From Patescibacteria group bacterium (lineage in GTDB: Bacteria > Patescibacteriota > Patescibacteriia > Veblenbacterales > UBA10138), in contig JBDRTU010000026.1 in NCBI GenBank assembly GCA_043823825.1, positions 43 through 64,042 on the forward strand: 64,000 nucleotides of DNA. The letters are read 5' to 3'. Position 1 is the stretch's first letter. Every line of letters begins with the position of its first letter. Below are positions 59,503 through 64,000 of this stretch, piece by piece. A program made the translations under genes and the position numbers. The notes under the pieces are model-generated. The model did no database searches and was not told the DNA's origin. It saw nothing but the letters and a program-made list of their open reading frames with translations.

Positions 59503-60672
59503 ATGTCAACCAACACGATTCATGTAGGTATTACCGGCATTGGCCATGAAGTTGGCGAGATTATTGTTACCAACGACGACGTAACTAAAATAGTTGAAAA
59601 CGCTATCTGCTCCAAAAAAGAACGAGTGCTGGGTACTAGAGAATTAACCAAAGAGGAGAAAGGTAAATATTTATGCGACCCTGAGTGGTTAGTGAATCAC
59701 GAATTTTTCGGCAGAGTGCACACGGCTCACACAACCGTCGATCTGGGCGTGGCAGCAGCCAAAAAAGCCATTGAGATGTCGGGCTGTCGCAAACAAAATA
59801 TTCAGGCTTTGCTTTTTGGCACAGTGTCACCAAATAGAAACTATTCACCAACCTGCGCACAGTTGGCTACTGGTGAGCTCGGTTTGCAAGTCAGAAATGA
59901 GCTGGGGTTAAAAAACTTCCTTCCTAGCGATATGCAAAATACTTGTACTACTATTGGCTCGGTTATTACTTTAGGTTGGTGCCTGATTAAGGCAGGATTT
60001 GTTAAACACCTGCTGGTGATCGGCGCTGACAAAATGAGTATAACTGTTGATCCAGCCGACCGTAACTTCTATCCCCTGATGGGAGATGCCGGAACAGCCA
60101 TTATTATGGAAGCAGTAACAGAAAGCAGTGATTCATTCCCCTGGCAGGAAAAATCTTTCTTTAGCGTTGTAGAACCCTCTGGTGTCAATAATATCATTGC
60201 AAAGGCTGGAGGATCAGCCATGCCCTTGACACCAGAAATGATTATTGGGTCGCCGGAAAATCCTTTAGCCCTTAGACCTGACAAATTATGGCAAGACGGT
60301 AAAAAAGTTCACGGGCACATGATTAGATTTTTGTCCGATCCTACAGTGCCGCCGCGTCAAACTGTTTTTGGTGCCGCTCTTCACCAGGTCGGCTTAACTC
60401 TTCAGAAAATTGACGCCATTTACCCTCATCAGGCTAGTGTAAGAATGAACAAAGAGGCGCTCATTAATCTCAAACAAAAGGGATTTAAAGGCAGAATGTC
60501 AGATAATGGCAAAAGATATGGCAATACCACCTCTGCCGCGGTGCTCTTAGGCGCCTCCCTAGACTCTGAACAAGGTATATTACAAACCGGCCAAACTATT
60601 GCCTTGGCGCCTTTTGGTGCCGGTTACACTGCTTGTATTATATTTGTCAACTGGACCGCCAATATTCCATAA
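59503..60672 (+). CDS. FabH-like ketoacyl synthase III homolog (divergent)
   Basis: Cys (NTCTT), His (PHQAS), Asn (GNTTSA) triad; GDAG, FGAGYT. Confidence 0.85.
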   Translation: MSTNTIHVGITGIGHEVGEIIVTNDDVTKIVENAICSKKERVLGTRELTKEEKGKYLCDPEWLVNHEFFGRVHTAHTTVDLGVAAAKKAIEMSGCRKQNIQALLFGTVSPNRNYSPTCAQLATGELGLQVRNELGLKNFLPSDMQNTCTTIGSVITLGWCLIKAGFVKHLLVIGADKMSITVDPADRNFYPLMGDAGTAIIMEAVTESSDSFPWQEKSFFSVVEPSGVNNIIAKAGGSAMPLTPEMIIGSPENPLALRPDKLWQDGKKVHGHMIRFLSDPTVPPRQTVFGAALHQVGLTLQKIDAIYPHQASVRMNKEALINLKQKGFKGRMSDNGKRYGNTTSAAVLLGASLDSEQGILQTGQTIALAPFGAGYTACIIFVNWTANIP

Positions 60673-60701
60673 GGTAAATAACCTTACCTCAAACTAAAAC
60701 C

Positions 60702-60741
60702 AAGCCCTAGCTCGCTTTACTCAGCCTGGGCTTTTTTATTT
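60702..60741 (+). terminator. Intrinsic terminator after FabH-like gene
   Basis: AAGCCC...GGGCTT followed by TTTTATT. Confidence 0.6.
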
Positions 60742-60807
60742 GATGTAATTATAAACACAAATCCGAACCTATTTTGAACAGAACTGATATCTCTCCTCTG
60801 TTAATTT

Positions 60808-62064
60808 TTAGATCGTTGGATTAACAACTCTGCCCAAAAATAGGATATTTCCCGTGTCTTTTTCTTGAATTATAAATATAAATGGATGGTCTGCCCTAAA
60901 GACATTTCTCGGCATAGCACTTCTTACCATCCCCACAGCAGTTGCAGCAGCTGCCTCTGTTCCTTTCTCATCAACTTTAATATATGCTTGATGAATTACA
61001 AAATCAATCCAAATTTTTTCTGCTGTAGTCATTCCAGAAAAATCAGCATTTGCTGAAAAAGCTGTTGGCATTCCTAACGCACCCAAAGTTTCATTCATGA
61101 AATATTTAGTATCAAAATCAAATTTAGGAAGTGATATTGAATCCAATTTGGTTTCTTTCATCTGAGACTTGTATTCATTAAGTTTTTCTGCTGTGAGATT
61201 AGACCCTATTGTATCAAGATTATTAGTTGGTAATAATACCAGCATTGAAATTTCATCACCTTTGTATGGTAATTCCAAAATTTGTAAATCTTCTGTATCG
61301 GAATAGTTAAACCTCGCCTTATCTGGATTCATATTCATCATGGCGGTTTTTACAATATTATCAGGAGTTATCTTAAAATCTCCTTCGCGAGTATCAGCCT
61401 TATCAAATTCCCATTCCCAAATCCCTTTAAAATAAATTGCATTAGTTAAAACAAGTCTTGTCATCGCATTAAGAAATCCTGCAGGAATTAAATCTTTAAT
61501 CTTATTATTTGTTTGTTCTCCTATGAAGCTATTGATAGTCTGCCTTGATTTTTCAGTTTCTTTAACATAATCCAAATTTGCTGCTTTTCCACCATAATAT
61601 TTTTCAACCCTGCTTGTATAACCTTCGAGGAAAGGATAATCTTGTTGAACCCATAAAGCATTCCCGGTTCTAAATTCGTAATCCTTAGCTCCCTTGTTAA
61701 TTTTATTATAAATTGCAGCAAAATTTGATCTTAAAATATCACTTTCTGGGAAATGATAAACTGATTTCATTTCATCCGCTGTTTGTCCTTTTGCACCTTC
61801 ATAAGTCATTGCTAGAGCAGCAGAAATGCTATATGGAGAATAAAAAACATTTCCATTTTCAGACTTATTTAGTTCGGAATATAAATCAAAAGCAAATTTG
61901 TTATTTGCATTAGCTACGTCTTGTATTCCTTGCTGTGTCGAACCAGTATCATTTGCTGGAGGGGGTTGATTCGGCTGATATGGGAAAAGAAACAATACTG
62001 CTGCAGTTGCTACGCCTGCGAACAGAATAATCATCAACGAAATTAATAAAAATTTTTTGGTCAT
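60808..62064 (-). CDS. Membrane-anchored or secreted serpin
   Basis: NVFYSPYSI, LTNAIYFKG.W, EKGTEAAAATA hinge, FRADHPFIF. Confidence 0.96.
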   Translation of the reverse strand: MTKKFLLISLMIILFAGVATAAVLFLFPYQPNQPPPANDTGSTQQGIQDVANANNKFAFDLYSELNKSENGNVFYSPYSISAALAMTYEGAKGQTADEMKSVYHFPESDILRSNFAAIYNKINKGAKDYEFRTGNALWVQQDYPFLEGYTSRVEKYYGGKAANLDYVKETEKSRQTINSFIGEQTNNKIKDLIPAGFLNAMTRLVLTNAIYFKGIWEWEFDKADTREGDFKITPDNIVKTAMMNMNPDKARFNYSDTEDLQILELPYKGDEISMLVLLPTNNLDTIGSNLTAEKLNEYKSQMKETKLDSISLPKFDFDTKYFMNETLGALGMPTAFSANADFSGMTTAEKIWIDFVIHQAYIKVDEKGTEAAAATAVGMVRSAMPRNVFRADHPFIFIIQEKDTGNILFLGRVVNPTI

Positions 62065-62290
62065 ATTTTTTGTTCTTAATAAATTAGTTAATTTTTTTAT
62101 ACTAACTTACTTATAGTCTACCACCCAGATACTTTTTGCAAAACTATCTCATTCAACTAATCAACGCTAACCTCAAAAACTTATGCGATTTTCTCTTTTT
62201 CCTGATATTCTTTTGATAATTCTTGATTATTATATTGTTCAGGATTTTCAAGCATAATATTAAAATTAAATTAGTAAAATTTAAATATCA

Positions 62291-62314
62291 TCATTCTCTC
62301 ATTCGCTCGAATGA
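62291..62314. promoter_or_regulatory. Predicted ArsR operator upstream of serpin
   Basis: TCATTC-N12-GAATGA with inner CATTCG-NN-CGAATG; second copy at 62608-62631. Confidence 0.6.
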
Positions 62315-62322
62315 GGTCTAAA

Positions 62323-62589
62323 TCAAATATAACTGATAACAGATTTAGATACTCGCGACAGCTCCGAAGATAAGGAATAAAATACTAGTTTACTTTTTTG
62401 CTCTGATTCTAAAATATCAGCACCTTTTAAGACAGTAAGATGTTTAGAGGTGGCTTTAAATGATAGTTTGATGGCGTCAGCTATATCACCTACTGGTGCT
62501 GGCTGATGAGATTTTAGATATTTGATAATAGCCAGACGGCGTTTATTAGCTAAAGCTTTTAGATTTCTTTCTAACTCCTTCATAAACAT
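62323..62589 (-). CDS. ArsR/SmtB-family transcriptional regulator
   Basis: LKALANKRRLAII, SKHLTVLK, VFYSL. Confidence 0.9.
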   Translation of the reverse strand: MFMKELERNLKALANKRRLAIIKYLKSHQPAPVGDIADAIKLSFKATSKHLTVLKGADILESEQKSKLVFYSLSSELSRVSKSVISYI

Positions 62590-62607
62590 ATTATAGCACC
62601 ATTATTA

Positions 62608-62631
62608 TCATTCAAACATTCGAGCGAATGA
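62608..62631. promoter_or_regulatory. Predicted ArsR autoregulatory operator
   Basis: TCATTCAAACATTCGAGCGAATGA, just upstream of the arsR extended -10 TGCTATAAT (62590-62598). Confidence 0.6.
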
Positions 62632-62822
62632 GGGCAAGATAAGGGGGAGGTGGGAGTATGGAGTATGATGGGGAAAGATGATCTGCTGCAAAGATGATTT
62701 TTTTGTTTAGGCAGCCAAAATTACTGAATTTATTAAGTAATAAATTCATGAATTAATTTATGCCTGCCCGCCTTGGGCGGGAATTAATTACTGAATTTCC
62801 TTGATAATTTCATTTTAGCGCA

Positions 62823-63003
62823 AAACCACCCAGCAACACTAGGTAGCTGGTGGAAATGAAGCTCCATAGCCTTATGGCCATGGTATCCTTCATTTCTTCG
62901 GCGGAATCCGCCGTAGCACCCTCCTTTACTTTTCGAGCTACGGAGGATCCACCCCGCATTCATCCACGGGCTTACGTCCGTGGTCTTCATGCGAAGGCGG
63001 ATA
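62823..63003. mobile_element. Non-autonomous palindromic element resembling IS200/IS605-type ends or a REP cluster
   Basis: GC-rich hairpins CCATAGCC-TTAT-GGCCATGG and CCACGGGC-TTAC-GTCCGTGG; no transposase in the window. Confidence 0.45.
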
Positions 63004-63044
63004 AAAAAGACCCGCCAGAGGTCCTTGGGACATAGCGGGTTAGG

Positions 63045-63527
63045 TTAACGAGGGGGATTTAGCGTGTTGGCTATTGGCTTTTCGAGATTTACCTCGAAGG
63101 CTTCTGCAAGAGCTAACAAGTCTCTTCCCCACGGATTAGTCTTCCTGGGTGGATAAAGATGAGGAGACAACCCAGGACGATAAATCTGTTTACTCTGAGC
63201 CACTAATTCGGCTTCTATCTCTCTGCGTTGCCTTATAATTTCCTCTATAATAAACTTAATGGCTTCCCTCTGAAAGAGGTCGCAATTCTTGGCCAGTTGT
63301 TTGTATATAGTCAGACAATCTTCAAATGAAGAAGAGTTATCAATCGGTGCTTTATCTCCATAATCAAAACCAGTCGCATAGGGAATAAGATAATTAGTAA
63401 CCGACGTAAGGTGATCTAGAAACTCTCCCATGGGACCCATGCCGCCTAACGGTGGACAGGGAATTCTACGTAGAGCATATACAGTCATGGCTATGGCCTT
63501 ATCTATGTATAAAGATAAAAAATTCAT
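63045..63527 (-). CDS. Hypothetical protein (start likely ATG 63527)
   Basis: AAGGAGTGAGG SD, TTGACA-N18-TAAGAT promoter, terminator hairpin at 63004-63040. Confidence 0.7.
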   Translation of the reverse strand: MNFLSLYIDKAIAMTVYALRRIPCPPLGGMGPMGEFLDHLTSVTNYLIPYATGFDYGDKAPIDNSSSFEDCLTIYKQLAKNCDLFQREAIKFIIEEIIRQRREIEAELVAQSKQIYRPGLSPHLYPPRKTNPWGRDLLALAEAFEVNLEKPIANTLNPPR

Positions 63528-63761
63528 CCTCACTCCTTTTATTAGTTGTCAAGGTAATTATTTTATTTTCATTTCATCTTAGATTAAAAAAGATATATTT
63601 GTCAATACTTATAAATAAAAACTCGCTCCTCTAGCCAAATTCGCCAGCGGAGTTATTTTATTTTTTAATCTTCAACTATTCTCCTATTCGCGCGAATTAG
63701 AGCCGGGTTAGTTATGCATAATACTTAGAATTGATGCCCGTCCGTCTCTGGAGGGAATTAA

Positions 63762-64000
63762 TTACTGAATTTTTTCATTAACTGCTTTGATATACCTACA
63801 ATAATCACAATCCTCCCTTGACTTAGGCAACACCTCTGCCTCCAAACACTTTATGGCATCTCTTATAGCCCCCTCCACCCAACTATCATCCCCTTTATAA
63901 GGAATTATCTTAATATCAAACTCTAGCTTGCCATCAAAGGCCTCCTTATCAGTTTTGCCATTACAATACACAAAATAACCGATCTTGGACACTTTAAAGC
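63762..64000 (-). CDS. C-terminal part of a probable PD-(D/E)XK (RecB/Cas4-like) nuclease, truncated by the window edge
   Basis: GYFVYCNG...AFDGKLEF...CDYCRY ending typical of this family. Confidence 0.55.
   Translation of the reverse strand, partial: FKVSKIGYFVYCNGKTDKEAFDGKLEFDIKIIPYKGDDSWVEGAIRDAIKCLEAEVLPKSREDCDYCRYIKAVNEKIQ

Noticed and set aside
5873-61913. Many short antisense ORFs within murJ, recJ, sufC, secA, mur, pil and serpin genes
   Set aside because: Shadow frames of well-supported genes
62784-63035. Short ORFs on both strands
   Set aside because: They arise from GC-rich palindromic sequence
63762-64000. Cas4 or CRISPR interpretation of the terminal nuclease
   Set aside because: No repeat-spacer array or other cas genes seen in the window
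1-64000. Alternative genetic code (TGA readthrough)
   Set aside because: Conserved genes are full length under the standard bacterial code and several end at TGA at the expected position

Overview
AT-rich chromosomal segment of a bacterium using the standard bacterial code. Gene content and style (DUF4012-like protein, cohesin-domain protein, pilBCMNO with no pilQ in the operon, mostly SD-less genes, many ccgcc/ggcgg palindromes) suggest a CPR/Patescibacteria (Parcubacteria-like) genome; this is an inference. The mostly minus-strand core carries tRNA-Thr(CGT), a PrsA-like foldase, lepA, murJ, a GT4/sugar-transferase cluster, RNase P RNA, rnhA-recJ, pfkB-ackA-pfkB, an Rrf2-sod-sufCBDSU operon, secDF, secA, arginine decarboxylase-speB, a partial dcw cluster (mraY-murD-ftsW-murG-murC, murB) and a type IV pilus operon. 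Highlights: (1) several unannotated, highly structured intergenic RNAs with a shared design of a long closing stem around a multi-hairpin junction (6372-6735, 43285-43553, 43690-43863, 27823-27949), the first with its own sigma70-type promoter and U-tract; (2) a second class of stand-alone genes with TTGACA-N17 promoter, long A-rich leader, strong SD and terminator, which encode orphans or motif-degenerate enzymes; (3) unusual protein architectures: an S41 protease with an HPD-less J-domain in place of PDZ, SecD with a permuted parvulin insert, and AckA with substituted catalytic residues; (4) predicted operators for the Rrf2-SUF operon and an ArsR-serpin pair. All calls come from reading the sequence by eye; no searches or folding programs were run.
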